Source of the DNA: Eledone cirrhosa
Taxonomy: Eukaryota
Length of the DNA stretch: 64,000 bases
Reading direction: 5' to 3'
Assembly: GCA_964016885.1 (NCBI GenBank)
Contig: OZ024756.1
Location: forward strand, 13,702,001 to 13,766,000
How positions within the stretch are numbered: position 1 is the stretch's first letter; every line of letters begins with the position of its first letter. The translations under genes and the position numbers were made by a program. A model generated the notes under the pieces. The model saw only the letters and a program-made list of their open reading frames with translations, was not told the DNA's origin and ran no database searches. This document shows, piece by piece, positions 43,826 through 56,633 of the stretch.

Positions 43826-43882
43826 ACTGCTATATATATATTTCGGTGACAGCCATCTTTGGCTGTGACCTCTTCAGTCAGT
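43826..43882 (-). ncRNA. Type I minimal hammerhead ribozyme motif
   Basis: ACTGA-CTGAAGA-GGTCACAGCC/GGCTGTCACC stem II-GAAA-TATATATATA-GCAGT then AATAAA; downstream of the Penelope EN fragment on the same strand. Confidence 0.55.
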
Positions 43883-44052
43883 CCGAATATGTGTGGTAGA
43901 GACGAGTACACATGTTGTTGAGGTGTTTAACTTTGTCAATACTCTGATATGCCCAGTTCCTGGTTGGGTTGTTATTTCACTGAGGAACTGGAATCAGTGC
44001 TCCAATCTGCATACTGAGGTGTTGGTATACAACCAACATATACTCAAAATGT

Positions 44053-44104
<52 letters not shown>

Positions 44105-44106
<2 letters not shown>

Positions 44107-44513
44107 TTTCGTAACTCGGAAATACAAGGGTCACAACAATTATGGCCTCCTGTGTAAGACCGCGCTCTCTGGAGTAGTTTCCATTTGAGCGTAAAGGGGA
44201 TGGAGTTCCTTTTTAGGTCCTAGACATGGGTGGCGAGTGTTGTTTAGTTGGACTTGACCGGGCGTCGAAAAGAATGGGTGTGTTTGTACCAACGGGTCTT
44301 AAAGTTGCTGGAGGTCATCTCGATATACATCTTTCTCTCTTCGTTAGGACTTAAGATGACATCACATTTATATATAATTTGCTTTGTAAGGCATTTATTG
44401 CTGAAGGGGCATGCAGCCTTATCGTGGCAGTTGCACAGGACCTCAGTACCGGTATGGGTTACGGAGGTAGTAGACTTATTTAACTTAGTAATATTAATAT
44501 TGGCTAAGTTCAT
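44105..44513 (-). mobile_element. Penelope-like element fragment (GIY-YIG endonuclease)
   Basis: CNC...CPFSNKCLTKQIIYKCDV...MYIEMTSSNFKTRWYKHTHSFR matches the Penelope CCHH/GIY-YIG region, with YIG decayed to YIE. Confidence 0.8.
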
Positions 44514-44729
44514 ATATATTTATATATATATATCCATTTAGGTTTGTTGGTTCACCACTGGATAGAACTGGTCATTCCGTATAGTCAACCCCCTGATGTA
44601 ATATTAGGGAGAGCACTCGACGTAATGCAACTCACCCGTCTTCATTTGTGTTGTTGGTGGTGCGAGTACGGAGTTAATTATTATAAAATAACAGAAGGCT
44701 GAACTGCTGTAATTCCTTAAAAGTTTATT

Positions 44730-44787
44730 ATACTATGAACATTTCAATGACCGGGTTCAGTATGAATCCGGTGACATCATCAGGTAT
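44730..44787 (-). ncRNA. Type I minimal hammerhead ribozyme motif
   Basis: ATAC-CTGATGA-[CCGGATTCA..TGAACCCGG stem II]-GAAA-TGTTCA-TA-GTAT then AATAAA. Confidence 0.6.
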
Positions 44788-45242
44788 TCCGAAATTTATC
44801 CAACAAAGGAATATAATAGACATAATCCAAGGGGGTGAAAAGTAGAGAGATGCCCAAGAAGAGAAGGCGGCCAAAAATTAGCAGTTGCTAGTCCGGGTGG
44901 CCGCCTTCAAGTGAGGAATCTATTTAATCTTGTCTTGTCGATCTGGTCATACGTTTATAGTGTATATTACTACTACTACACCGTCATGGACAGATGCTAG
45001 CGGTGAGATCAGGTTACATATAAGAAGTTAGTCAGAAGTGCTAAAAAGTACTAAGAAATAAATAAAATATATACAGTGGACGGATGTACAGTAGGTTTTT
45101 TAATGTAGAGTTAGAAATTACGATTAAATATTAGAAATGTAAAATTTATGTTTAGAATTAAAAGATATAATTTAAGATAAGATTAAAGGTTAGAAAAGTA
45201 AGATTTAGGTTTAAAATTGGGAGATTTAGTTAAAGAATTTGC

Positions 45243-45937
45243 AGAAGGAAGCATTTATGAAAAGGTTAAATATATTATTGATAGTTATAATAAAGTTTTA
45301 GGGTAGAATATAAAGTTAAGATTAAAAAAGTAAGATTAAGCCCAAATTTAAGAGTGCCGTTTGGCGGTCAATATCCAGTGACGTGACGGACTCCCAGCCC
45401 ACCCAGGGCCCAATGGCGTGTCAACCGTTCCGAGTATTTTCGTCTACCGAAAGAAAGGGAAATTTATTTTTTCAAGCACTCCAGGAAGGTTAACCGACCC
45501 ATGCGCCGGAGGTGCTAGCGGGAGGTCCGTCACCGGCAGCAGATCCTTGCGTATACCAAACGATTATTAGTTATTCACACTAGGGGGGGGGGGTAGTTAA
45601 AGAAATACTAGAAGGAGGCATTTATCTAAAAGTTAAATATACTTTTGATATTCATGATAAATTTTTAAGGTAGAATTTAAAGTTAGGATTAAAGGTTAAG
45701 CTCAAAATTTAAGAGTACTGTTTGGCGGTCAATAACCAGTGACTCGACGGATTCCAAGCCCACCCAGGGCCCAAGAGCGTATCAACCGTTCCGAGTATTT
45801 TCGTTTACCGAAAGAAAGGGAAATTTATTTTTCCAAGCAGGAAGGTTGACCGACCCAAGCGCTGGCCGTGCAAGCGGTGAGGCCGTCATAACCATCGGAT
45901 CATCGCGTGTACCAAACGATTATTAGTTATTCACACC
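45243..45937. repeat. Diverged ~340-bp tandem duplication
   Basis: TTTGGCGGTCAATA..CCCACCCAGGGCCCAA..CCGTTCCGAGTATTTTCG..TACCAAACGATTATTAGTTATTCACAC occurs twice. Confidence 0.8.
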
Positions 45938-46324
45938 AATGGTGTGAAGTTTAAAAGTAGAAAAATCTGATGAAATAGGTAAAGAGACTATATTCAATCC
46001 CAAGTTAGCCCGGGATTTGAATTTATATGCAGTGTGAGTCCTGAGTGGGTACGGGGAGTAATTAAAGATAAACAGATATAAAGGGTACAGAAAGTAATAT
46101 TCTAGTGCCGTGTACTAATTTTAGGTAACAGATGAGTATAAGGATAAGTATATAAGATGAATAAAATGCAGTCATACCCAGGGTGGTAATTGTGGGAGTA
46201 AAAAATGGAAGTAAATAAGAAAATATCGAAGAAATAAAAAAACAGAAGAAATAAAATACAGATCAAGGTCTAGCAAATAAACAATAGATAACACGGTTGG
46301 AGAATATATATAAATTCAAAAACG

Positions 46325-46370
<46 letters not shown>

Positions 46371-46373
<3 letters not shown>

Positions 46374-47314
46374 GTTTTTGAATTTGTTTTCTTATCTGAA
46401 AACGTGTGTTGAAACAGATATTGTTATACTTTGGGAGGGTCATGCTGCCAATAAAAACACACGCACCTGTTGGGTTTCATTTCAATTTATTATAAATTTC
46501 CAATTATTATAAATTTTCCACTGTCCCATCTTGAGAGGCAGTGTAGGAATAAGAATATAACATACATAGGTGAAACAGTCGTAGCATAGATGAAAGGATA
46601 TGTGAAGACTGGCAAGAACTCCAGGATGGCAAGAACTCATCAGTACTCCACCAACATGCCAAAATAGAACATAGGGGCACATTAGAGAACACAGAGATAA
46701 AAATGATATCCACACACAGAAAAGATGCAATGCTCAGACAAATCACAGAGGCAACAAATATAAACGAACTCCAACCAAAATTAAACAGAAACCATGAGTG
46801 GAATAGCAACATCACAACTAGTAATTAAGGACAAAATGAAGACACACAGACACACACAAAAACCAAACAAATAAAACAAATCAGACACACACTGATAGAA
46901 CAAACAACCAACTAGTGGTAAGTAAATAAATACATGAATAAATAAACACACACACACGCGCGCACACACATACGCACACGCACACGCACACGCACACATG
47001 GATGTAACGCATGCGCAAACTAAACACAACACACAAAAACGAGATGGTGTAGGACAGAAAAACAGAGAGACACAAAATAAAAACCTAGTCGTCACTGAGG
47101 AGATCACAGAATGTGTGACGAAAGACCTTTGACAATATATAAACAACCACCCGGTTATAGAACCAACCAACCAACCGGAAATTTATAATAAATTGAAGTG
47201 AAAACCAACAGGTGCGTGTGTTTTTATTGTCAACATGACCCTCTCAAAGTATAACAATATCTGTTTCAACGCACGTTTTCAGATAAGAAATCTTGCAAAA
47301 CAAATTCAAAAACG
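46371..47314. mobile_element. Element with ~135-bp terminal inverted repeats
   Basis: 46371-46502 is the reverse complement of 47176-47314, with a few mismatches and a small indel; flanked by TA/TG microsatellites. Confidence 0.65.
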
Positions 47315-47327
47315 AATTATACATATG

Positions 47328-47398
<71 letters not shown>

Positions 47399-47705
47399 AT
47401 ATATCCTTCTATATATCTATCAATCTCTATCCATCTATCTTGCCCTCTCATTCCCTTACATTCACCGTTATCTCCAATATCCCCCTCTACACCCCCATCT
47501 ACTTCCCTGTCATCTGCTCCCTTTACAGTCTCTCTACTCTCACTACCCCTCCCTTCTCTTTTATAATTATTATCGTTTCAAAGTTTTCTTTGCCTCCATC
47601 ACCACCATTATCACCACAAACACCACCAACACCAACAAGAACAGCACCATCATCATCACCACCACCACCACCACCACTATCACCACCACGACCACCATCA
47701 ACAGC

Positions 47706-48245
47706 GGCTCTACAGCTCTACAGCTCTACTACTCTACAGATCTACAACTCTACAACTCTACAGTTCTACAACTCTACAACTCTACAGTTCTACAACTCTA
47801 CAACTCTACATATCTACTGATCTACAACTCTACAGATCTACAACTCTACAACTCTACAGCTCTACAATTCTACATATCTACTGATCTACAACTCTACAAC
47901 TCTACAGTTCTACTACTCTACAACTCTACATATCTACAGTTCTACAACTCTACAACTCTACATATCTACAACTCTACAGCTCTACAACTCTACAACTCTA
48001 CAGATCTACAACTCTACAGCTCTACAACTCTACATATCTACTGATCTACAACTCTACAGATCTATAACTCTACAACTCTACAGCTCTACAGCTCTATATA
48101 TCTACAGATCTACAGCTCTACATATCTACAGATCTATAGATATACAACTCTACAGATCTATAGATATACAGCTCTACAGCTCTACAGATCTACATATCTA
48201 CAACTCTACATATGTACAGATCTATAGATATACAGATCTACAGAT
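47706..48245. repeat. 8-bp minisatellite (CTCTACAA/ATCTACAG variants)
   Basis: Directly visible. Confidence 0.9.
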
Positions 48246-48512
48246 GTACACACCTACAAACTTATCGACATACATGCTTACAGATCTATGGACGCCCAGA
48301 TTAATAGACCTACCTCTCTTTCTCTCTTTCTCTGGAAGATATCTTCTGTATTCAGATCTGGAGAGGAGATGGGCTCCGCCAGGTTTTTTAAAATGTTCTA
48401 GAAACGCCGTATGTCAATACGGTGACCCCACGGCTCTCTCACCAGTTACGGGGGGACCATGCACGTATAAAAAATATATTTATTCTAATTTATCTATATT
48501 AAATTTAATATT

Positions 48513-48928
48513 ATTGGCAGTATCGGTAGAGGGTCAGACGCCATGCTTTCCAGCATAGTTACGTCCCTTTACATTCTGAGTTCAAATCCCGCCGAGGTTG
48601 ACTTTGCCTTTCATCCTTACGGGGTCGATAAAATAAAGTACCAGTCACACACTGGGTCGATTTAATCGACTTTCTCCTCCCCCCCCCCCCAAAAAAAAAT
48701 TACTGGCCTTGTGCCTATATAAGAAACCATTATTATTTGGCACGGTGGATTGGCAGTATCGGTAGAGGGTCGGACGCCATGCTTTCCAGCATAGTTACGT
48801 CCCTTTATGATCTGAGTTCAAATCCCGCCGAGGTTGACTTTGCCTTTCATCCTTACGGGGTCGATAAAATAAAGTACCAGTAATGAACTGGGTTATTGCT
48901 GGCCTTGTGCCTAAAGTAGAAACAATTA
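48513..48928 (+). mobile_element. Two tandem family-1 SINEs
   Basis: Near-identical heads TTGGCAGTATCGGTAGAGGGTC, B box and core. Confidence 0.87.
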
Positions 48929-49141
48929 AATTTAATTTTTTTTTTCACGTGTTGAAGTATTATTTGAAGGGTGGAACATAACCCCAGGGCACCCCCACCT
49001 CGCCCAAATCTCTCCCTCCCACCCTTCCACCATCATCTCTCCTCACCATTGTTATTAAGTTTATGAGATAACTTGAAGGATCTTACAAATAGCTTAAAGA
49101 GAAGATCACAAGCGCCGTGTGTGTCGGAGTGTACCTGTGTG

Positions 49142-49172
<31 letters not shown>

Positions 49173-49212
49173 ATTTACATGTGTGCCTCTGTGTGTGTCA
49201 GTGTGCGCGCGC

Positions 49213-49251
<39 letters not shown>

Positions 49252-49265
49252 TGTCTGTCTGTACG

Positions 49266-49299
<34 letters not shown>

Positions 49300-49564
49300 G
49301 GGGGGAGTAGATAGAACGATAGGGAAACACTTGAAATCAGATAATAATAAAATAGATTACCACCTCCACAACCGCCGCCGCCACCACCACCATCATCACC
49401 ACCACCACCATCACCACTACTACCAACACCAACACCACCAACACCACCTCCACAACCATCACCACGACCTCCACAATCACCACAATCACCTCCACAGTTA
49501 CCACCACCACCACTCCACCATCACCACCACCACCATCATCATCATCACCATCATCACCAATCGC

Positions 49565-49620
49565 TAACCAATCAGCTAGCGATTGATTATAAATACGGGC
49601 AGAGGATCGGCTATTCGACT
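49565..49620 (+). promoter_or_regulatory. Candidate core promoter (CCAAT + TATA) of the VWA gene
   Basis: CCAAT at 49568-49572 and TATAAAT at 49588-49594, about 70 bp upstream of ATG 49663, in the first unique sequence after a CAC repeat. Confidence 0.5.
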
Positions 49621-49662
49621 TATTGCGAGAAATATATCAACAGATACGTCTGGTCGTTCATC

Positions 49663-49914
49663 ATGAAACCAATATGGTGGTTGGTCACCATTCTCGTGTT
49701 AAACTACAATGTTGTGAAAGGAAGCAGCGTAGACAGAACGCTGGTGGATAGGGCTACTGGTCCCGACGTTGTTGATGCTGTCGTCGATAAAATACGTGCC
49801 GCCTGTATATTTTCCAACGACAGGTTGTTTGTTCGAAGACTGGCCTTTGTAGAATCAAAAGATGGCTACGACCATAAAACTTTCAGAAAGAATTTCTTCG
49901 GAGGAATATGGCAG
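49663..49914 (+). CDS. Gene C exon 1: signal peptide + start of lysozyme/SLT-like domain
   Basis: MKPIWWLVTILVLNYNVVKG signal-like N-terminus; RRLAFVES and GGIWQ motifs; CAG|GTTTGT donor, phase 0. Confidence 0.88.
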
Positions 49915-50041
49915 GTTTGTTATTATATTTCTTCTTCTTCTTCTTCTTCTTCTTTTTCTTTTTCTTCTTCTTCTTCTTCTTCTTCTTTTTCTTTTTCTTC
50001 TTCTTCTTCTTCTTCTTGAGATGGTCATGTGATCAGAGTCC

Positions 50042-50295
50042 TTAAACACTCCTTCCAGCGAGTCCTGTCATTCTTTCCTGAGACATTCTAACCACATGCC
50101 GATAGTACCAGAGTTGTGATCTCTCAATTCGGAGAAGTAGTAGCTCTATCTGGAGTGACTCTCTGATCGCCGAGTTACGCCCTCTACCGAGTAACGTTAC
50201 TCCAAAGACACTTCGGAGGAATCCCATTTCGGCCTCTTGTATTCGCGATCGTATTCTTTCGGTCATTACCCAAGATTCATAAGTAAGGGTTTTGC
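50042..50295 (-). mobile_element. RTE-type LINE fragment in intron 1 of gene C
   Basis: MTERIRSRIQEAEMGFLRSV.GVTLL...RN.AIRESL...IERSQLW..HVVRM. Confidence 0.75.
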
Positions 50296-50992
50296 ACGAA
50301 AACCGAATTGAAGATATCCAGTTCTTTATATTTCTTTAATTGTTATACGTACTCTCGAGTCCTAAATAATAGGGGGTGATGGAATAAGTTGGGTGGGGCT
50401 TGGACATTCGCTTAAATTCTTATAAGCGAGGCGGGGGCTGGAATAAACGAGGATTGGGAAATCGGTAATTTTGTAAATATGGGATTTCTTGTAATGTTCT
50501 TTTTTGGTCATATATAATGTTTTTTTTAATGTAAAATAAAATTATTAGATTCTCCAGCTGCTGTATCGATATGAATCACTTACAATAAAATTTCACCGGA
50601 GATAGATTAGTAAAATTTAATAAGCGTGGGAGAGGTAAATAAAAGGGGGCGGGGTGGAGAAAAACTGAAAAATTAAAAAGTGCAGGAAGGGGACGATTAT
50701 TGAAGACCTGAAAGTACCTTTTATTTTATTTCTATTTCTTCCCCCCCCCCCCACTCTCCGTTGTGTTTCTCTCTCTCAGACTTCTGCATAGTTTCCACCA
50801 ACCAAATTCTACTTACAGGGTATTGGTCAACTCAGAGCTAAAGTAAAAAAATATTCTAAAAAGTATTTCCCCTTTTGCTGTTGTTATTGTTATTGCTGTT
50901 GTTGTTATTTGCTATTGTTGTTATTGCTGCTGTTGCTATTGTTGTTATTGCTGTTTTTGTTGTTGTTGTTATTGCTATTGTCGTTTTCCTAG

Positions 50993-51278
50993 ATCACTGA
51001 GAAGCAGTACCTCGCTGGTAAAGCATGCAATGGTTTCCTAGCTCAGTCGTGCGCCAAAATACAACAAACGTTCAAGATTAACTGGCAACAGACAAATTGG
51101 AGTGATCTATTGAAGCCCTTATATTCTGGTTTAGCTGCTTATCTCTACCTGCAGCTCCGTACAAAGAACATCGCTGGTGACCTGGTTGCACAAGAGAAGG
51201 TTTGGCTACAATTCTTCCATCAAGGGATCGCCACTAACAACAACACTTTTGCAGAAGCGGCTGCACAGCTATCAGTTG
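50993..51278 (+). CDS. Gene C exon 2: remainder of lysozyme-like domain
   Basis: ttttcctAG acceptor; ITEKQYLAGKAC...INWQQTNWSDLLKPLYSGLAAYLYL...LSV; G|GTAAG donor; phase 0 in, phase 1 out. Confidence 0.88.
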
Positions 51279-51754
51279 GTAAGGCTGTCAGTTTGTGTAT
51301 GTCTGTGTTTATGTGTGTGTGTGTGTGTGTGTTTGTGTCTGTGTTTATGCGTGTGTGTATATGTGTGTGTGGGGGGGGGGGGTATGTACGAGTGAGAGAA
51401 GCGGTGTGTGAGGGGGGGGTGAGAAGGTGTGTGTATATGTGAGTGCATGTATGTCTATGTTTATGTATCTGTATGTGTGTGGGAGTGTATGTGTGTGTGT
51501 GTGAGAGAGACGGTGTGTATATGAGGGTTTAAGAGTGAGAGGGTGTGTGTATGTGCGTGAGAGAGAGATACGGTGTGGATGAGGAAGTGTGTAGGAGGGT
51601 GAGAGGATGTGTGTATGTGTGAGTGTGTGAATGTGTGTGTGAATATGTGTGTGTGTGTGAACGTCTGTATGCGAGGGTGTGACGGTGTGTGTACATGTAC
51701 GTATGTATATGTATGTTTATGTATGTATATATGTATATGTATATATCTATCTAT

Positions 51755-52216
51755 CTAGGGCGGGTAAAATTCCCGAGATCCATAGACGAGTTCTCTCCAG
51801 CAGTCTCTGTCCCTCATTATCACTGCCATGTCCTGCGTCTCCAAGAGACCAGTGCCTGTCCTTAGGGCATCAACATATGTCAACCTCGGTCTTCTTCTTC
51901 CAGTTTATCCATGCAGGGTCTCCCACAGGAACACTGAGTGCAGTGTCAACTCTGGATGTCGGTGAGCATGTCCAGCTAACTTTAGCCTCCTCTGTGTCAC
52001 TTTTGAGCTCCCGTACAGCTCTGAGTTTTTCATCCTCAGTGTATACTGATTAATGTTCAGAGCCATCCTCAGCATTCTCGTGTAGCACCCATCCACTATC
52101 TGAATGAGTTTCTTGGTCAATGTCCAAGTCTCAGACCCGTACAGCAGCACAGACTCTACAGCAACGAAGAGGCGGATCTTCAGGTCTTCACGAAGGTCCG
52201 ACTTCCACACCGATCT
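51755..52216 (-). mobile_element. RTE-type LINE 3' fragment in intron 2 of gene C
   Basis: VWKS..LKIRLF..VESVLLYGSETWTLTK...DGCYTRMLRMALNI...RRLKLAGH. Confidence 0.85.
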
Positions 52217-52937
52217 CAATATATATGTATGAGTATGCATGTATGCGTATGTGTATATATATATATATATATGTGTGTGTGGGGGGGGGGGCGTATATGG
52301 TGAATAAGACATGAGAGAAGGGACGAGAATGAAAAAGATGTAATCATGAAATGGTGAAAACTTCCAAGTAGCACATGTTTCATCGTCTAATATTCAGTGC
52401 CAGATTTAGGATAAATGAGGCCCTGTGCTATTACGAGGTCCGTAAAAAGGTTTGGGGCCTGGAGGGTGGCTCCCCCTCCCCATGGCCAACGGGGCCCTGT
52501 GCTTAAGCATACCTAATCACTATAGTATACCCGACACTGTATTAAACTGTTATTTCTAGCAGATCTTGTGACCACATAGAAGTCGGCTCATGTTGGCTCC
52601 CGACTCTGCTGTTGTTGTTGTTTTAAAGCCAGAAGCCAGGTCTTCCCTGATCCAAGAACATCTATGAGCAAAGAATATTCCAACTGCCCCCCATATATCT
52701 ACCTTCTTTTTAAAGCTATCTTGGATTAAATTATCTGATGTGTCCGTCATTTCCATTTATTGGTTTAAAGCAGTAAAGAAAGTGGATTTGACTTCTATTT
52801 CTAGTATATCCAGAGACCACATACATTGGAGGTGGGGGGGGGCAAGGAAAATGGGCCCTCTCCCTTGGCCAACGGGGCCCTATGTTTAAACACAAATAGT
52901 AAATCCTGCACTGCTAATATTTATCTTTTCATTCCAG

Positions 52938-53294
52938 GTTGTGAGAAGCCGGCTGATCTTGCATTTCTGTTGGATGAATCGGGAAGTGTTGGCCAACCGA
53001 ACTATAACAAAGTGAAACAGTTTTTAACAAAATCCATCAATAGACTGCCCATTTCCCCAAACCAGTTCCGTGTGTCGGTTACCTCGTTCAGTACTTCTAC
53101 ACATATCTATTTTTACCTGAATACTTTTTCCAGCAAAACCTCCATGATACAGAAGGTGAATGCGATGGGTTATGACGCAGGCGGTACAAATACTGCCAGT
53201 GGAATCAACACTGTGGTTAATGATGTTTTCAACATTGCTAATGGTGCTAAATCGAAAGAAGATGCTCCTAGGGTGTTGGTTCTTGTTACAGATG
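52938..53294 (+). CDS. Gene C exon 3: von Willebrand factor A domain, N-terminal part
   Basis: ttccAG acceptor; CEKPADLAFLLDESGSVG (MIDAS DxSxS), GGTNT, VLVLVTDG; G|GTAAG donor; phase 1/1. Confidence 0.93.
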
Positions 53295-53371
53295 GTAAGC
53301 TCGAAAAAAAAAAAAGACTTTTCGATTAAAAAAAAGATTTTTCTTTTAACGTTTTTCATAATCGGGTTCTT

Positions 53372-55796
53372 TCAGACACAAGACACTTCCAGACACAAAC
53401 ATTTCCAGATACAAGACACTTCCAGACACAAACATTTCCAGACACAAGACACTTCCAGGCACAAACATTTCCAGACACAAACATTTCCAGACACTAGACA
53501 CTTCCAGATACAAACATTTCCTGACACAAGACACTTCCAGACACAAGTCACTGCCATAGAGAGACACTTCCAGACACAGACACTCCCAGACATAAGACAC
53601 TCCCAGACATGAGACACTTCCAGACATGAGACACTTCCAGACATAAGACACTTCCAGACATAAGACACTCCGAGACATAAAACACATCCAGATATAAGAC
53701 ACTCCCAGACATAAGACACTATCAGACATAAGACACTATCAGACATAAGACACTCCCAGACATAAGACACTCCCAGACATAAGACACTCCCAGACATAAG
53801 ACACTTCCAGACATAAGACACTTCCAGACATAAGACACTTCCAGACATAAGACACTTCCAGACAGACACTTCCAGACAGACACTCCCAGATATAAGTCCC
53901 TTCCAGATATAAGACACTCTCAGACATAAGACATTTCCAAACATAAGACACTTCCAGACATAAGACACTTCCAGACATAAGACACTCCCAGACATAAGAC
54001 ACTTCCAGACATAAGACACTCTAAGACATAAGACACTTCCAGACATAAGACACTCCCAGACAGAGACACTCCCAGACATAAGACACTTCCAGACACAAGA
54101 CACTTCCAGACATAAGACACTTCCAGACATAAGACACTTCCAGACATAAGACACTTCCAGACATAAGACACTTCCAGACATAAGACACTTCCAGACATAA
54201 GACACTTCCAGACATAAGACACTCCCAGACATAAGACACTTCCAGACATAAGACACTCCCAGACATAAGACACTTCCAGACACAAGACACTTCCAGACAT
54301 AAGACACTTCCAGACATAAGACACTTCCAGACATAAGACACTCCCAGACATAAGACACTCCCAGACAGAGACACTCCCAGACATAAGACACTTCCAGACA
54401 CAAGACACTCCCAGACATAAGACACTTCCAGACATAAGACACTCTAAGACATAAGACACTTCCAGACATAAGACACTTCCAGACATAAGACACTCCCAGA
54501 CAGAGACACTCCCAGACACAAGACACTTCCAGACATAAGACACTTCCAGACATAAGACACTTCCAGACATAAGACACTTCCAGACATAAGACACTTCCAG
54601 ACATAAGACACTCCCAGACATAAGACACTTCCAGACATAAGACACTCCCAGACATAAGACACTCCCAGACAGCGATACTCCCAGACAGCGACACTCCCAG
54701 ACAGCGACACTCCCAGACATAAGACACTTCCAGACATAAGACACTTCCAGACAGACACTCCCAGACATAAGTCCCTTCCAGATATAAGTCCCTTCCAGAT
54801 ATAAGACACTCCCAGACATAAGACACTCCCAGACAGCGATACTTCCAGACATAAGACACTCCCAGACATAAGACACTTCCAGAAATAAGACCTTCCAGAC
54901 ATAAGACACTCCCAGATATAAGACACTCCCAGTCAGAGACACTTCCAGACATAAGACACTTCCAGACATAAGACACTCCCAGACATAAGACACTTCCAGA
55001 CATAAGACACTTCCAGACAGACACTCCCAGACATAAGTCCCTTCCAGATATAAGTCCCTTCCAGATATAAGACACTCCCAGACATAAGACACTTCCAGAC
55101 ATAAGACAGTCCCAGACAGAGACACTCCCAGACATAAGACACTTCCAGACAGAGACACTTCCAGACATAAGACACTTCCAGACATAAGACACTTTCAGAC
55201 ATAAGACACTTTCAGACATAAGACACTTTCAGACATAAGACACTCCCAGACATAAGACACGCCCAGACATAAGACACTTCCAGACATAAGACACTTCCAG
55301 ACATAAGACACTCCCAGACAGAGGCACTTCCAGACAGAGACACTTCCAGACATAAGACACTTCCAGACATAAGACACTTCCAGACAGAGACACTTCCAGA
55401 CATAAGACACTTCCAGACAGAGACACTTCCAGACATAAAACAGTTCCAGACATAAGACACTCCCAGACATAAGACACTCCCAGACATAAGACTTCCAGAC
55501 ATAAGACACTTCCAGACATAAGACACTTCCAGAAAATAAGACACTTTCAGACATAAGACACTTTCAGACATAAGACACTTTCAGACATAAGACACTTCCA
55601 GACATAAGACAGTCCCAGACAGAGACTTCCAGACATAAGACACTCCCAGACAGAGACACTTCCAGACATAAGACACTTCCAGATATAAGACACTTTCAGA
55701 CATAAGACACTTCCAGACAGAGACACTTCCAGACATAAGACACTCCCAGACAGACACTTCCAGACAGAGACACTCCCAGACATAAAACACTTCCAG
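53372..55796. repeat. 2.4-kb satellite, 17-bp unit, in the intron splitting the VWA domain
   Basis: CCAGACATAAGACACT(T/C) repeated, with 13- and 15-bp variants; joins directly to a 5'-truncated SINE at 55797. Confidence 0.95.
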
Positions 55797-55960
55797 GTTT
55801 TGAGTTCAAATCCCACCGAGGTTAACTTTGCCTTTCATCCTTACGTGGTCAATAAAATAAAGTACCAGTAATGCAGTGGGTGGATTTAATCGACTTCCCC
55901 CATCCCCTGCTCCCTTTCAAATTGCTGGCCTCGTACTCAATAAAAATAGAAACAACATTA

Positions 55961-56346
55961 CAGGTAAAATTTCCTTATAACGAATACCATTATAACGAAT
56001 TTTTCAGTATAACGACATTTTTTTTCAATCCCCGGCCACATGCTCTGTATGTTTCGGTCGTTCTCGTTTATTAAGAATTTTTCGTTATAACGAATTTTTT
56101 TATACCTCGTGAATATCGTTATAACGGAGTTTCACTGTATTTATTATTTATCTTTCTTATCAAATATATAAATTCAGTGAATCCGTTATAACGAAATTCA
56201 CGGGGCATAGAAAAATTCGTTGTAACGAAAAATTCTCTTATAACGAGATCAACCGAGACACATCGAACGTGTGGCCGGGGATTGAAAAAAATTCGTTATT
56301 CTGAAAAAGTCGTTATAATGGTATTCGTTATAGCGGAATTTCTCTG
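55961..56346. mobile_element. Two oppositely oriented copies of a Tc1/pogo-type MITE
   Basis: 55961-56137 (TA|CAG...CTG|TA, CGTTATAACG repeats) and 56175-56346 are reverse-complement homologues. Confidence 0.7.
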
Positions 56347-56426
56347 TATTTATTACCCATCTTTCTTATCAAATATATAAATATCTCAGTGAAAATCTAT
56401 CTATTTTTGTTTTGTTCTCTCTCCAG

Positions 56427-56633
56427 GTCAATCCAATAACCGCGCATTGACAGTTGCTGCTGCCGATAGAGCCAGACTACAAGGAATTGAAATCTTTTCG
56501 GTTGGAGTTGGAGCAAACGTTGATGGTGCAGAATTACTGCAAGTGGCAAAAACGTGCAACCGAGTTTTCTCCATTGCTACATTTGATGACATGGATAACT
56601 TTATTTACGAATTGATTAAAAATGCTTGCCAAG
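56427..56633 (+). CDS. Gene C exon 4: VWA domain, C-terminal part
   Basis: ctctccAG acceptor; GQSNN...GIEIFSVGVG...ELLQVA...F...ELIKNAC is a typical VWA end; G|GTTTGT donor; phase 1/1. Confidence 0.92.

Noticed and set aside
53372-55219. 615-aa Cys-rich ORF on the - strand
   Set aside because: Product of a 17-bp satellite open in all frames, lying inside an intron of the VWA gene.
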